From Hamiltosporidium tvaerminnensis FI-OER-3-3 (Eukaryota > Fungi > Microsporidia): a DNA stretch of 64,000 bases. The position numbers and the translations under genes were made by a program. Positions within the stretch are counted from its first letter, which is position 1; each line of letters begins with the position of its first letter. The notes under the pieces are model-generated. The model saw only the letters and a program-made list of their open reading frames with translations, was not told the DNA's origin and made no database searches. Positions 23,126-38,249 of the stretch are shown here, in pieces. The DNA lies in contig CM061246.1 of assembly GCA_022605425.2 (NCBI GenBank), positions 930,001 through 994,000 on the forward strand. Reading direction: 5' to 3'.

Positions 23126-26100
23126 AATTCTAAATAAATTTCATTTGTAAATATTTATTCTAATTTCTTGCTTGAGAACAGTAAATTGTAATTCTTTGGA
23201 ATTTACAATAAGATTATGGGTACATCTTATAGAATTTATTTTGATTTATACTTTCAAAAATAAATAAATAAAAACGGGGAAGTAAAAATTAAATTAAAAT
23301 TTTGTTTGCTTAAAAAATTTTACTTACTTATTCTCTAGTTTATAGTATTTAAAGTAAGCATTTCAGTGATTTTTAATTTATTTGAAAAAGCATTGAATGA
23401 TTCAATTTTACTTTAATTATAACATTTTATTGAAGTTTTAATTAATAAATTGGTTTCTAATATATATATCCTTCAAATTATTGATGCAAATTATATATAA
23501 AGATGTAAAAATGTATGATAATTTAGTAGAAAGAAGTTTTTTTGAAATAGTTTAGCCTAAAATATATCTTAAATATTGAAAGATATTTTAAAAAATTAAT
23601 TAATACTTCAGACACTTTGTACAATTAAGCTTCTATCCGGCAATCTAGTATATTTTTAAAAAAAATTTCCACCCTCTCATAAATACGCACTTTAAGCAAT
23701 AAAAAGAAGTCAAAAATCCGAGATATAATTAAATAAATATAATTTAAAGATTACAAAGACCTATAATTTTTATTATTATTATAAATTCAATATTATTTAA
23801 ATTCTGAAAAAATATAACGCTGAAGATAATTTGAATGTTTCAAAAAGATAAAATCAAAATTCTATTGAATATAAGAGTCAATTGGTTGTTTTCTGATTTG
23901 ACTATATTATGTAGGGCATAATTACATTTAAAGAAATATTTTATGTTGTTTGATGTGTGAAAATATTTTAAGAATATTAATTTTGGCTTTTAATTTTACT
24001 GTTTTTTCTTTCTTCAATAAATTTATTGCAAATTTGGAAAAAATCATACCAAATTAAATTTCTCTTTATTATAATATTATGAACCTCTCTCAATAAAATT
24101 AATGTACATTAGAAAGAAGCTTTACTTTGTATAAAATTCGAACCCAAACTCCACTTCAATAGTATTCTTACGAAACAAACATTTTTATGTTCATCTAAGA
24201 CTAAAATAGGAATATTTCATTTAAACGCAACTAACATATCCCGATCAAATTATAAGCGCAATTATGTTCCCAATATCAGAATAGTGTTCGTAGCCTATTG
24301 ATGAAGAAAAATTATATTATTTTATTATAACTCTTTAAATAATTTGATAATTGGGCGATTGTTATTACAGACTTATATTAATAAATAAATTTTTAGACTT
24401 CGACAGTATTCCACACGTTTCGTTTCATTTGTCATAGTTTATGTTTTCTATCATTTGCTTTTATAATATACTTTTGCTCGGCTATATATTCTTCAAATCT
24501 TTAAATCGCTTATACCTTTAAATGAATTTTTCTATTTGCATATAATTACAGCTAAATTAGAGTATTTCAAACATGAACAGCGGGCATATTTCAAAATGAT
24601 ATTTTCTTTCTAAATCCGATTCCTAACTTTTTTGATTTACTATCCTAGAGATTTTATTTCTTGAAGATTATCAATGATCATCAAATCTATGCTTCGATAT
24701 GGAACAATAATCTTGCTTTATATAGTAAAATTTGTGCTTTCGATTATAATATTATCATAAGATATTTTAAATGAATTGTTTCGGAAGTGAATCGTCAATA
24801 TTATATTAATCCAGAACTAAACTATAAGACTTGGTTTTTGATAAAAATAGACGCAAATAAATTCTAAAGGGGGTTTGTTACCTATGATAGTTCTATGTTA
24901 TATAATACATTGGTTTTAAAACTACAACCGATGCAATTAAACTTACATGTCATTTTAAATTTTAATACCAGTATTAAATTTGCTAACAAATTTTTATAAA
25001 CATTCAAACGAGAAATAATTCTTATATGTCTTTGAAACCTGTACATACATTATTTTTAAGGTAAAAAAGCACATATATACCCCATTGATTTATTATGAAA
25101 GCTGATTAGACCAAACATTGCATCTCTAAATCAAACAAATTAAATTATTTGACGTCTTTTAGTCAAATATAATAATTTACACAACTTTGTTATCATACTG
25201 ATCTGTTCCCAGCTTCTTTATACAACAAAACATGTCAGTGGTGAGTTTATATCTCTCTTAGTTGATTTATTAAAAAGACAAACAGATTTACTACTATTTC
25301 TCTAGATATGAGCTTTCATGTAATTTTTGATTATTTGCTTGAATAAATAAACAAATAGGCCATTTAATAACCAATTAATTGCATAAAATCCAAAGTAAAA
25401 ATTTCGTTCAAATAATTTAAATCTGTACAAAATTTGTTTAATTAAGTTTGATTTTAAATATATTTCTTATCTAAGTAAGACTTTCTTCATAGTCAGAAAT
25501 TAAAAATGAAAAATATATGTCTATTTCGTATTATACTGAGTTCATATTTCTTACAGCTTCGAAATGTGCTAAAAATCATTGTTTAATATAGATAAATTTA
25601 AATTATATGAACTTAAATGAGTAATTAAGATATTTGTGGACAGTTGTAAATATCAATTTTTGATATCATAAATACAATTTCTTTTAGTTATTTTCTAATT
25701 TGTTAGCCAGAAAAGGTATTTAATGCTGTAAAATTGGAGGAAAAATTATATTTAGTATCATATCATGTCCTGCTTTAACATCTTGGGTCTCATTTTAAAC
25801 CATAATTATAAAGTTTAATTTTTTTACAATTATTCATAAACACAAGTCGAAGACAATAAAAAGAAATAGAATTTTTACGAGGTTTGATTAATCAAAAATA
25901 CATTTTAATTTTCATATCAAATTTTTTATAATCCTAAATTTTAAAATATTTTTTTGCAATTAAAGTTATAGGAAAATTACCTTTTCAACCTTAAATTAAT
26001 TTTAATAAATTGTTATTACGATGTTCTTTCCACGATATTTCTTTTAGTATTTATTTTTTTTATATTTTGGTATGAAATGTCACTACAAAATTTTACTTAT

Positions 26101-27299
26101 AAGTATTAATTTCTAGTTTTTCTGGGCTTTATTTTATGTCTTGTCTTGTTTTCACATATATTCGCTGGTTTTATAATAGGTAAGATTCCGATATTATTGA
26201 TATATAATTAAATCACATATCCTCGTTATGTTAGATTGATGAGGTTTAATAAATTGCTAACTATTAATTACCATATGTTTACAATAATATTATTAGTATA
26301 AATTCCATCTATAGATATAAATACATTTTACACAATTTTTTTTTTTTATTTTTATAAAGAGTTATATCTGTCCCAGAACATTTTTAGGGGGAATATGTAA
26401 TCATAAAATGTACCTTTCTAAGACAAGTGATTTAAATACACCATGTTTATATTTTTGTTAACCTTTAAAAGCATTTGACAATCTCTTATTATACTATCTT
26501 AGGGTTTTTTCAGTTTTTACCCAGATGTTTTTAGAATCCGCTTATATTACAAAAAAAACAGGAAGTTTCCTATTATTTCGATTTAGATATTCGAGTTTGG
26601 ACAAAGTTCTACTAGCGAATATTTATTTGAAATAAATCGTTGGCAAAATTTTTTACTCTCTTACAAATAATTGCAAATAAAAGCTTAATCAAAATCTAGT
26701 GGTGTTTAAATCTAATAAATAAAGTAAACATGAAGGAGTTAATTTATATTTTTTTACCAGTTAAACCCTATCACTTTTATTAAGCTGAATAACATAGAAT
26801 TTCTAATACATTTTGTATTTTTTAAGGTTTGCAGTCTAAATTTAGTTATTTTGCGGTATTTAGGTTCCTTTTATACTTTATTCCAATTTTATTCTGATAA
26901 TGAAATCGTTTTTTTCCTATTTTGGATATAAAATTTTATATTTAAAGTTTGATGATTATTTTTCGCTTTCCTTTATGCCCCTCATGTTCATTACGCCCCG
27001 CCTATTATTTCCTAAACACTCCACTTTTATTTTCAATTATTTAGACCCCGTTATATTCTTATACTTCTTGTTACCCCTCATATTTTCTATTTATTCATCT
27101 TATGAGCCCCTGGACTAAAACATGAAGTATTTTTTTAAAATATAATTGAAGTCAAAGAAAAAAAGGCTTTTAAACTAATGATTATATTTTTTCCTCTAAA
27201 AATATTTATCGTTGGAATTTTAAAAATAAAACCATTTCCTTTTATGTTAGCATTTCTTATTTTAAAAATAACACATAGTTTTAAAAAAAAGAAAAGAAA

Positions 27300-28660
27300 G
27301 ATCAAATCCTTTATTACGCTTTTCTAAACAGTTCTTTTTTCGGCATTAACGTTTTCTAATTCTATCATATTACCAATAAAAATATTTGTTACTGTAAAGA
27401 CAGAATCATCATAAAAATAATCAAACGGTGTGCGTTTAGTCTTTGTATTTATACGTAAATCTTTTTTTATCAAAACCATATTACGATTAAAGAGATTTCT
27501 TATTATTTTATTTGAATCTTTACTTTCTATGATTCTTTTTTGATATTTTTCAAAATGTTTACTTACTTCTGTATCATTTTCTATATTCTTATCAATCTCA
27601 GAAGCAGTAGTTGTTGAGGTTTAAGAAAGATATCGAGAATCATCTACTTCGTTATAAATTTCAGGCGGAATCTCTAAATTCTGATGTGTATATTTATCAT
27701 GGTTATTTGAAGTTAATACCCCAGAACTAATTCTGTCGAAAAATACTAAATCATCATATATTTCCTAAATCATTATACTACCAGAAAGAGGATTATTAAA
27801 TCTAAGTTGATCGAAGAAGAGGTGAAATTGTGATTCATTTGAGGCCCTATGTATTGTTCTATTACAAGCCTATATAGCATCACTATAAAAATCAATCCAC
27901 CTGTTCGAACCAGGAAGATATAACTTTTTTTTGCCAAGCATCTTTATATTGTTCGATTCATCCATAAAACTCGTACCCGGGCTTTTGTATTACGTAGTTT
28001 CCATGCATAATTTGAATCTTAAGTGTAGTTAAGTATATTTCCAGCTATTCATTTTTAAATTATTTTCCATTACCAGATTAAATAGCTATTGTAATACCGA
28101 AATTTTCAAATATAAATTTAAATAAATCTCTTACAAACTGTGAAGTCTTGTGTATTATCTTAAAACTCCAGAGATGCTTTTTATAAGTGTAGATTAAGTT
28201 TAAAATTTAACAATACTCATTATTTTGATCAGCGTATCTTCTATGATCTACAAAAAAATCATGTTTTTTGTAATATTGTTTATATAAATTAGCTGGTTTT
28301 TTTACAAAATTTAATCTACTACATGCTTCATATGCTTTTAAACATTGACGTAAGTCTGTCTTGGGAATTCCATGGTATTTTTGTAGAATCAAAGGAATAA
28401 TTTTATTAATTCAAACAATGTGGTACAGAAAGTTCTGTCTCGGTTATATATTTAATCGACCCAGTTCAACCTCAAAAACAACCTTCGGAATTTATTCGCG
28501 ACCTTTGAAGCAAAGATCATATCCAAGCATTATAAATTGATTTAACCTCCTTCTAAAAGTCTTTTAGCTTGTTGGTGTAATTTCTAGATACTATCCGGTC
28601 TTCAAAAATATCGTTTTCTTCCTTGTTTTGGCAAATTAAAATTCTTGGCATTCTGTCTAC
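27300..28660 (-). mobile_element. Second integrase-only (Ginger/KRBA2-like) element relic; boundaries approximate
   Basis: QKYHGIP..RQCLKA.EACSR, VDHRRYADQN.EYC, SGNGK*FK, HGxxRNxKA..., RWIDF..AI*ACNRTIHRA correspond to the zinc-finger remnant and rve core, in broken frames. Confidence 0.65.
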
Positions 28661-30149
28661 AATATTTTTTGCTATTAGTAAAATAAAAAGTATAAAAAGT
28701 GAATGAAGAATTTTATAATTCTTAAAAATTTATTCATTCCTAAGAGTTATTTGCTCGAAATTTTCTCCCTTATAACAAGTAGTTGCACTTTAAAACGTTT
28801 ATTCAATCTATAATATCAAACAATAGCAAGCCGTAAAGTTTTACATTGAGATTATTTGAATATATATTGCCTGTTGATCGTTTGAATTTAAGGACAAAAA
28901 CTCGGCCGTATAATATGGAAATCACACTGGAACAATAGATGGCGGAGTAAATACGAAATAACCCGGAAAATATAGCATAGGAAATCAAATACAAATAACA
29001 TATGTCCACTATGAATAAATGGGATTATTAATATATAAAGGCGTACTGGAAATAAAGAGGTGCTTTATGGACCATGACATTAAATATTCTAGGAAGTGAA
29101 TCGCAATATACATAAATTAAACTTAAATTTTCTCTCTAATTATTTATTTTAATATGTTTGATATCTGTTGCAAATAACCATAGAATAGCCGGTTAACCTA
29201 GGTTTTATTTCGAAATTTTTTACTGAATATTAAACCAAAATTTATATGAATAGTTCATCTACAATAAATATCGTATAGAATACTTTGAAATATTAACCTC
29301 CAAGTAAGTGAAAATAAATTCAATTTAGAGTTATAGCTGAAAAAGAATATTTTAGCTTCTTTGATATCTCATTCCCATCTTATTATTTGCCATGGTATAT
29401 GCATCCTCTTCTTTCCTAGTTATTTTTATAAAATCATATTCTTTCACATTGTTTTTTTAATAACAAACATTTTTAAGCAGTTAATGTTATAAAACTATTT
29501 TTATTTCTATTTAAATAATTATAAATTTTTTTATCTAGTAGTTAGAATATAACATTTGTACAATGCATCTTTTTATAATATCTTTACAATTTCGTTTTTA
29601 TTCATTCATCATATCAATAAATTTCTCGAAATTTTTATAGGAACATCCTTCGAACGTTTGATCTCTGATTTTATAATTTTGTTTTTGAAGCTAAATAAAT
29701 TATACTAGATCAGTAAATGCTCTCAAGATGAGATTACAATTTTTTAAGGGTATGCTTCATATAGTCTGGTGGTTATATAAAAGAGCAATCGATATTATTT
29801 CTTATCTAATAGGATTAAACTTATTAAATTTTACCTAGGTATTTTTTTTCTAAATATTTTGTCTGATTTAGTTTTTCTACGACAATAACTTATAGAGTAT
29901 AATTTGTAGTTAAAATAAAATTTATTATCGGAATTTAAAAATCAATTCTGTCCTAAATTGGCATAATTATTAGGATATAATGAGTTAAAATTGCTTCAAC
30001 AGCGAAATACAAGAAAAACTGAATAAGTATGTAAGAAGAATTGTCTTGTGAATTCTTCATAAACATATTTAAGAGGCAAAATATATATTAAGTATATTCT
30101 TTGATTCGAGCAAAAAATATAGTCATACCAATGTATTTTCATTCGTTTT

Positions 30150-30550
30150 ATATCCCAAGGTGGAGATAAGAAACCCGAATTAAAAGAATTTCTGCTTGGT
30201 AATAAGTCAATAGAAATTTTTGAAGATCTTAGTTTTGATTAGAGTGAAGTATAAATCAAGCTGGATCCATAAACCGACTCCTTATAACACGGAGGTTAAC
30301 AAATTAAAACAAGCAAATGCGAAAACCTCATTTGTTGATCCTTGACACCGATAGGTAAAATAAGACTGCAATAAGTAAGTAAGTATTGACACTACACGTA
30401 TTGAATCGACTAAATTTGAGAATACAGATGGTTACAGATAAAGTACACATATGTGATGGTTTAGTAAAGAGATTAAATCTTGAATGATGATGTGAAATAA
30501 ATTTCTTGCATTTAATATCGTGCGGCAAAGTCTCTCTAGTTCTGCTACCA
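30150..30550 (+). mobile_element. Possible RLE-domain fragment of an unrelated non-LTR element
   Basis: RKPHLLILD...TAI..(V)ID resembles the R/KPD..I....ID restriction-like endonuclease motif. Heavily decayed. Confidence 0.25.
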
Positions 30551-30879
30551 GTTTATCTATACTTCTTTCAACAACTGTCCTGTTGAGATTCCTCTACTAT
30601 CTTCTATTACTCTAAATTATTTCTAATTTCACATTCTTTCGAAAAAATTAGCAGTATATTTACAACACGGATAATTTGTAGCCGATCGCTTTTTGTTGAT
30701 CTCAAATCATATGTTGTTTAGAAATCTTTCTATTCCCTTATTCATCTGTCTAATTTTTGTTCATCTTTGGCAACAGGGTTTATATCATCAATAAACAAAA
30801 AATTATTGGTAAGAGTGATAAAACCTTCGTTTATATTGTCACTTTAGTAAATTTTTTTATTCACTTTAGACTTTATAGA

Positions 30880-32700
30880 TCAATACACAAAACAGACACC
30901 AAAGGTGACAGATTATTTTTCCGAACAATCCTTTTATTAATCTTGCTCATAATTTTTTCAGGCCCCACTGATATATCAATTTTCTATTTTGATACAATTA
31001 CCTTAATAAATTTTAGGATCCAATCAGATAAATAAAAAGTTTTCGACTCATTGAAACAAATAAGTAGGATCAATTGAATTATAAGTTTTTATGACTTCAA
31101 TCCACATTTCCTTAAGATTATGCTCGTATTCTTTAAGGTGCAACAATCAATAAAACCAGTTCATTCGCTTCTTGCACCCTCTAACCGCTCCTAACTGATT
31201 ATCTGAAACTTAATCTCGTCTTTTCACCTCAAGCTGCACCACCAGCGTAACACATTTTCTTGTCAGCTTATACAAGTTTGCCTTACGGGTAATTAGCCTG
31301 TAACCAGAACCAGTCTTTGGTGTAATTTTGGCATAAGATAAGTAAGTCCACAATAATACCATTCGGCTGTGGCGTACCTTCTAAACATATAACTTTCACA
31401 ATATCATAAAGTTATTTGTGAAGAATCGTACGTTTCTTGATGTGGTAATTGCAAGCACCATAAATTCCAGCGACTTTTCGGTTGGGCATTCAGTTGATAA
31501 CATTTACAAACTCTTCAAGGAAGGCAATGTGATCTGATGAGTACAGGCACGACTGATATCAAGTAGTCATTATACGTAACATATTTATCATTTTTATTCC
31601 ACATTGAGTTCAAAATTTCATAATTTTGTCATATTGATCACATTCTCGGATTCAAAGCGCCCAAAGCAACCTCCATAAAATCGACCTCGAAATATCTCAA
31701 ACATACGATTCTCTTTTTGGAATTGCTTCTTACTTTCAAACATCGAAATTTTTTTGTGCAGACATATTAAAAGGCATTGTTCTTAACTAAAACCTTAGAA
31801 CGATCAGTTAAATTGCTAAAGTTTCAATTAAACATTTGCAGGATTTTCTTAAGGTTTTAAGCTTCTATAGTGAAGATCTTTTCCGATTTTCAGGCCTTCT
31901 AAAGAAGCTCTTTGGTGTGTAATAGCTTAGAAATTTTACTCTCTATATTTTCCTTCCAACCGAATCTAGCAATATTTTTGCGTGTTACCTCGTCATAGCA
32001 TTCCTGGGCCGCCTGGAGAATTCGAGCTGCATCATTAACATTATTAGACAGAGGATAGTTACATAATTCCTCGTGATCTGATTAATGAGGTGCAAAACTT
32101 TTTCCATCAACCAATTTACTTGAGTTTTCTAGTTGAGCCACTACATCTCCAATTTCCTCCTACGTGAGTTCCTTGGTTTTACACAATAACTTTTTTCTGG
32201 TTAATTATAGTGTATTATAAGTTAAAGAACATGGCTCGGTGAGAAAAATTGCGATTCTACGTCCCACTTCATTCTCTTCTTGCCTTGTTTTCATTTCTGC
32301 CTTATTTAGTGTTATATTTTTTAACATATCGATCTAATGGGCAGCTAAATTTCTCATTATTGTACCTCCAAATTACAGGCAGCCATTATTAGCCTTATTT
32401 CAAATATATTTTGATACTTCTATAATACCAGATATAAGAAATGACTGCTCTGTATCCGTGACAGATTCAAGCATCGAATGCAATAAAATCATTCGGTTTC
32501 GTTCTGGAATGGAAGCTGTATTAAGGTTTTTCGTGATATTAAATGGTTTCTTGCAGACGAATCGGAACGGGAAGACGAGGATATGGTGTCAAGCGAGTAG
32601 ACTGGCAAGTATTGCTCGATCTATTGGGTGTTATTGTGGATGCTTTTCTGGATGGGCCTCCTGGTGATTGTTTCTACATCTAAATCTCACACTTTTTTCT
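30880..32700 (-). mobile_element. Old, diverged 5'-half copy of the R4/Dong-clade LINE (sister subfamily)
   Basis: Nucleotide similarity along its length to ~62130-63650 (e.g. GCTCATAATTTTTTCAGGCCCCACTGATATATCAATT; CAAACATACGATTCTCTTT). The N-terminal part differs; no RLE or 3' end seen. Confidence 0.85.
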
Positions 32701-32857
32701 CTCTTATACTAGTTTCCAAGTTTTCAGCCTTTCTTGGTTCATTTTTTATATTTTTGCTGTCAGGTTTTTTTTTCTAATTATTTTTTTATTAATTTAAAAT
32801 AACGAATAGTATTTTAAGATTTTTCTTTTTTTAATTAAAAAAAAACTTGCCCTGAAA

Positions 32858-34482
32858 ATGAATCTTAAATATTAATGATTATATTTAATTACATAGCAAC
32901 TGGAACCAGAAAGCATCCAAAGAAAGATAAAAATTCTATTTCTATTGCACAAGCTTCAGAAAATCTAAAGTATGAGTGGTATATTTACACTCTATGGCAC
33001 TATATATTAAAGGCCATAAGTCCCTATCACTTAGAATTCGAAATCATAATGAAGTGAATTCTTTTGCTCTGTTTTATGGCAAAAAATATATAGCAAAGAT
33101 TTTATCTGATAAAAATCTTAGAACTAATACGATTCCTAGATTGATATTTAAGATAAATGAAAGCGATCAAAATATTTTTGAAAATGATAATAGAGCGATT
33201 TACCTGCTCTGTTTCACTGAAATTCATAGTATATTATTGGAACAGAAGACAAAATTGTTTTATAGTGAATCCGATTCGCTTACCAATCTATTTTAGGACA
33301 AAATATTTGATTTTTTAGATAATTTTGCTATTTCGAATCTGAATGAGATGGAAAAGAACGTACATAATAAAATATTCCAAGAAATAGAGTATTCATTGCA
33401 AAGACTTTCTATCTCAAACAGAAATTTGGAATTCACAGAATTGTTTATTTCAAAATTGCAAGAATATGATACCGATGAAGTTTCAATCATCATTACATAT
33501 ATATATAATAAATTGATTAAAATCCTATACAGGATATTGAATCATTCCGATGATTATAAAAATATCAGAATTTTCTTAGAGAAAAAGAATAGTGATCTAT
33601 TGTCATATGATCGAGATTTAACTGGTAATACAATTTTTAAGAAAACAATATTTGATGCAAAATTTTTAGAAAACGGTAATGACGAAAAAATAATTCAAAC
33701 CCAAATTATGTCTTCGATCATAAATAGTTATAAGTTTCTATCGAATAATATGAGTCCACCTGATTTTAAAAAATCGAATAACTACAGGGTTTTCTTTAAA
33801 GGACTTGAAACCTGCAATTTATTTGAGCTTAATCCCAATGAGTCAATTGAGTATGGTAAAAAAGGTTTTATAGATTTTCTTAAGTCCAATAAAATAAAAA
33901 AATTTAAAATCAGAAAGAAATTATTCAAAAAACAAAAATGTACTTGGTATTAAACTGTAAAAATGAGATAAGTGGATTTTCTGTGATTTTTTTAGCTTTT
34001 TTAAAAAAATTAAAATCAGATCTTCCTATGATCAATTTGAAATTTTGAAAAGCTTAAAAAATATAAATTTTTTCGAAAAAATTTTTAAAAAAAATCGTTC
34101 TACAACCTTTGAGCATTTTTATTTAATTTTTGAAATATTTTCTGAGCTTTTAAAAGTAATAGATAGAAATTTCGATTTTAATTATGATGTGCATTTAGTA
34201 TTTGAGGATCTTGCAAGAATAGATCTGAGGGATGTGATTAAAGAGCATTATAATACACATCTAGCTTCTAAAGCAGGAAGTTCTTCTCGTTTTACTACTT
34301 GCGAAACAAGAATATTTGATATTGAAACGAGGTTAATATCGATGTTTGTAATGGTTTTCCGTGATTTATTGGATCATATTTTTTGCGACAAATCTCCAAA
34401 AATTTCTAAAAATATAGAAAATTTTAATGACGAAATTTCTTTGGAAGATTCGCTTAAGGCGATTGTTCTTGATCTATTTTAA
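32858..34482 (+). pseudogene. Disrupted lineage-specific gene (~540 codons)
   Basis: CCC-TGAAA-ATG at 32850-32860 followed by consecutive fragments. 32976-33296 and 33348-33953 share a frame, separated by a single TAG. 34045-34482 ends in TAATAAA. Confidence 0.55.
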
Positions 34483-37400
34483 TAAAATAAGATGCCTTTA
34501 TGTTAAAATTAATTTATTTTTATTCTAAATTTATTTTATTTTTTCGATTTTCTGTTTACATGATTAGTGGCTTACATATATTGAAAAAATGTTTATATGA
34601 ATTCATTCTAATAATACATCTTTATAAAACATTTATTTTTATGAGACAATAAATTAATAATCGATTATTTTTTTGTTTAATAATCACCCGTTTGAATCTA
34701 TTTCATTCAATTATTTATGCTTGATATTTTTTTAAAAACCAAAACTTTTTTTGATCATTCTGTCTCATCAAAAAGCATCGGTGTTTTTTGGTTCGATTTA
34801 CAACATAATCTTTCCTACTCTTGCATGTACAAACAATATAATATTTTCATGTTGCATTTATTTTCGAATTGAAGTCCTAGCTTGTTTTTTTAAACATAAA
34901 TTAGCATATTTATGAGTTTAATTCTCTTATCGTTGCTAAAAAAAACTTTTCTATTTTTATAAATTTATCAAATATATCTAGATTCATAAAGAACCCTTGT
35001 AATCTTATATGATACATTTTTTAATGAAGATTATACCATTCTGTTTGAACGCTAAATAACTATTAGACACTATATTTTCGAATAAAAGAATATTTATTCA
35101 GTAGAAGTTTTACTTTTTAAGTTTATCGATTTAAATATTTCAAGAAAAGCCTCGATAAGTAATCTGTATTTCAATTTTTTTTATAATATTGTATTTATTA
35201 TCTATAATATCGATATTTAGTTTGAAATTCCTAAGTTTAATATCCATTATATTAAGTATCTATGTTTTTTCTGATATTGTATTAGAAAGAATTCTTGAAA
35301 AAACAACTTACCTTGTTGTGAGAAATTGAATTTGTACTTATCTAAAAGATTGAGAGTTATTGGAAAACCATACCTGTTTTTAGTATAGCCATCTCAGAAG
35401 CATGTCTTTATTTTGATTTATCAAGTGAAAGCAGATTTCTCGGAATTTCTACTTTATTTGTATCAAAATTTTTATAAGTGAATACATTTTTTCTAAGAAT
35501 ATATTCGAAAAATTGTATATGTAGTGGCGATATTAATTTTTTTTATAATTCGAAAGAGTATAGAAGATATAAAATCTCTTTTGTTGTAATTGTTAAAAAA
35601 TTGAAATGTAAATTCGAAATTTCTTTTGTAATGATGAAATAAGATCAATATTTTTCAGTTTTTTAAAAATTATTTTCATTTAATTTTTACTGTAATAATA
35701 TTATATTAAATATATAATCTAGAATTTTGATCTAACAAAAACTTGGTTTTTTTATTTTAAAATCCCAAGACTTTTTTTGCCTATGAATAGAAAATCCATA
35801 CACTTTTCGCTATTAAGACCGTGTAAGTCATTTGAAAAATTTTATTTACAAAATCAATATATCCTGTACCATAAATAAAGTATACATTGTTATAGAATAT
35901 TATTGTTCTATTCCATTAATCTAAAATATGCTATTTTTTGTCGAATTATTTTATCTAATACTTAATCATCCGTAAATAACAGCTTCTATATTTTTACATT
36001 ATATTCCGTTAACAGAATTGTTTAAGAATATTAAGCCTCTAGTTGGTCTTTCTAACAAATTTTTGTTTAAATCCATCTAATTTCGCCTGAGTTTTGTCAA
36101 ATGGCTGTAAACCCGAGCCTTCATATACTATAAATATTTTTCGCCAAAAGAAGCATCTTTAATTGACATCTCATTTAAATGATTAATTTTTTTCAAATAA
36201 ATATTTTGTTTATTCATTTCATTTACGTTAAAATCTATGTGGTTTCGAAAGAGTTGGTAATGTTTAATAAATTAAGCATTTATTAAAAATGAAGTATTTT
36301 TTTGCCTTTATTCTCTTTTATTATATTTTTTCACAGTTTTAATCGGATAAATAAAATTTACATAGATTTTTTTAAAAACATTTTTTTGTAAAATTATTCC
36401 TTAGAATTTGTGGTATTAGGAATGTTCCAAATACTTAAGCTGTTTTTCTTTCTAATGTAGTTGTTTTATTGAGATATACATATTCTAAGAGGATATCGCT
36501 CTTATGTTTAGTTTATTTCAAAATAAACATTAAAAATTAAAGATTATGCAGCTTTCGTAAAATATTTATATTTTATGCAATGCATCATATTCTCTCATTA
36601 AAAAAATATTTCTCGCTTTTTTTGTTGTTGAAAGTCCCATATCTTTTCGATATATTTTTAAACCGATCATTATTTTGATTTATATCAAAAGCTTTTGTAT
36701 TCTACTTATTAGTAAAAATATTTAAGTCTAAGATATCATATTTTTTTATCTGAATCTAATGCTGCTTTTATTTCCGAATCGGAAAGTAAACTGCCGATAA
36801 AAGCACCTCGACATATTACTATTCTCAAGCGAGAAATATGCTATTTTTTTGAAGTTCTTTTAAAAGATAAAGGTTTTGACAATTAAATCCCAAATGTCAT
36901 TTCTCGGGCTTTTTTCAAATATAATTCCAAAAGTCATAGTTATGCTCTTGAATAGTAATAGAAACCATAATTTGATTTTTATCAAATATTATTTATAAAT
37001 CCGTTAAAATGATGTTTTATGCACTAACTTGGATGTTCCCTGGCAATCAAGATTTATATTTGCTAATATTAAAACTTATATGGCTTGTATATTTATCTGT
37101 AATAGCTGTAATTAGGGTTCAGTTTTTTAATTAATTTTTAATATGACAAATTTAAAACGTTATAATAGTTTATTTAACAAAATATTTCTTTGAAATTAAG
37201 TCCTGGCCGATTAAATTTATACCTTTCGGCCTAAATTAAACCGAAGCAGATTGTTTTTCAACTCTGAGTCCTTGGGGAACTATTTATTTTATTTAAATGC
37301 ATTTATACTTATTCTTTACATAATTAGAACAAAAGATTACTTCCTATTATTTCCTTTGAATAAATATAGATTTATTTTCATGTGTTTTTATTGAAACTTA

Positions 37401-38249
37401 GCTTGTATTTTGAGATACACAAGGTTCCTTGTATTCTCAGATACCATTTAAATCTAAATATTCTCTATTTATAATATACAAAGTAATGATATTCGTGAAT
37501 TAAATAGACTTATAACTTTACAATCGCTGTTCATACGTATTGAATGACCTTTCCAGTGATAATTTTCCTCGGGATTGTCTTTCCGATTGATTTATGGTTT
37601 GGTCTTGCGCATAGAATATTGGCAGTATACAATTTTTGCAATAAATTCTAGTTTATTCTTCTTTGCTTGGTTTTCTATTCTATATATCATTTATTATTTC
37701 TTTTAGAGATTAAGAAAAACCGCTTGAAAATTTTCTATATAACTACAAAATTTATTTTTCGGTTTATTTAAAGTACTTTTCGGAACCATATATGCGTTGC
37801 TAAAACATTTGAGGATTGTTTTTAGTCCGATTCTACAAATAAATGCATCAAACCAAATATAAATGATTAGTTTTGATCTGAAATTGTTTTTTTTCTGAAT
37901 TCTTTTGATATTTTTGAGTATTTAACCCAAAATTTCCTATAAAAGTTTGGTGGTATGGCGAGAAAAATGAAATTGAAACACATAGACGGATTTCATAGTT
38001 ATTTTATTTGTTAAAAAACGTGTATTTAGAACTTAGGTCAAATTAAAGAAATATGAAAATTAGGTTTTTCACATTCCTAAGTATATAATGTCGGTTTTAC
38101 TACCATATAAATACTTTTAGCAATTTTTTTGCCTAAAGGTTTTTATTTGTAATTTGAAAAATATTTTGGAAGTAAACTCAACAATCCCAAGATTTGATTA
38201 TTTGTTATTCTAAAAAAAAAATAAAAATAAAAAAATTAAATATATTATT

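Noticed and set aside
24125-24160. GGTTCGAAT B-box-like word on the minus strand
   Set aside because: No cloverleaf or A box. No tRNA gene was found in the window.
34700-37900. Long ORF-free stretches with codon-like texture (also 19000-19900, 24000-25900, 59100-60250)
   Set aside because: Probably old pseudogenes, but there is no diagnostic motif or defensible boundary without a search.
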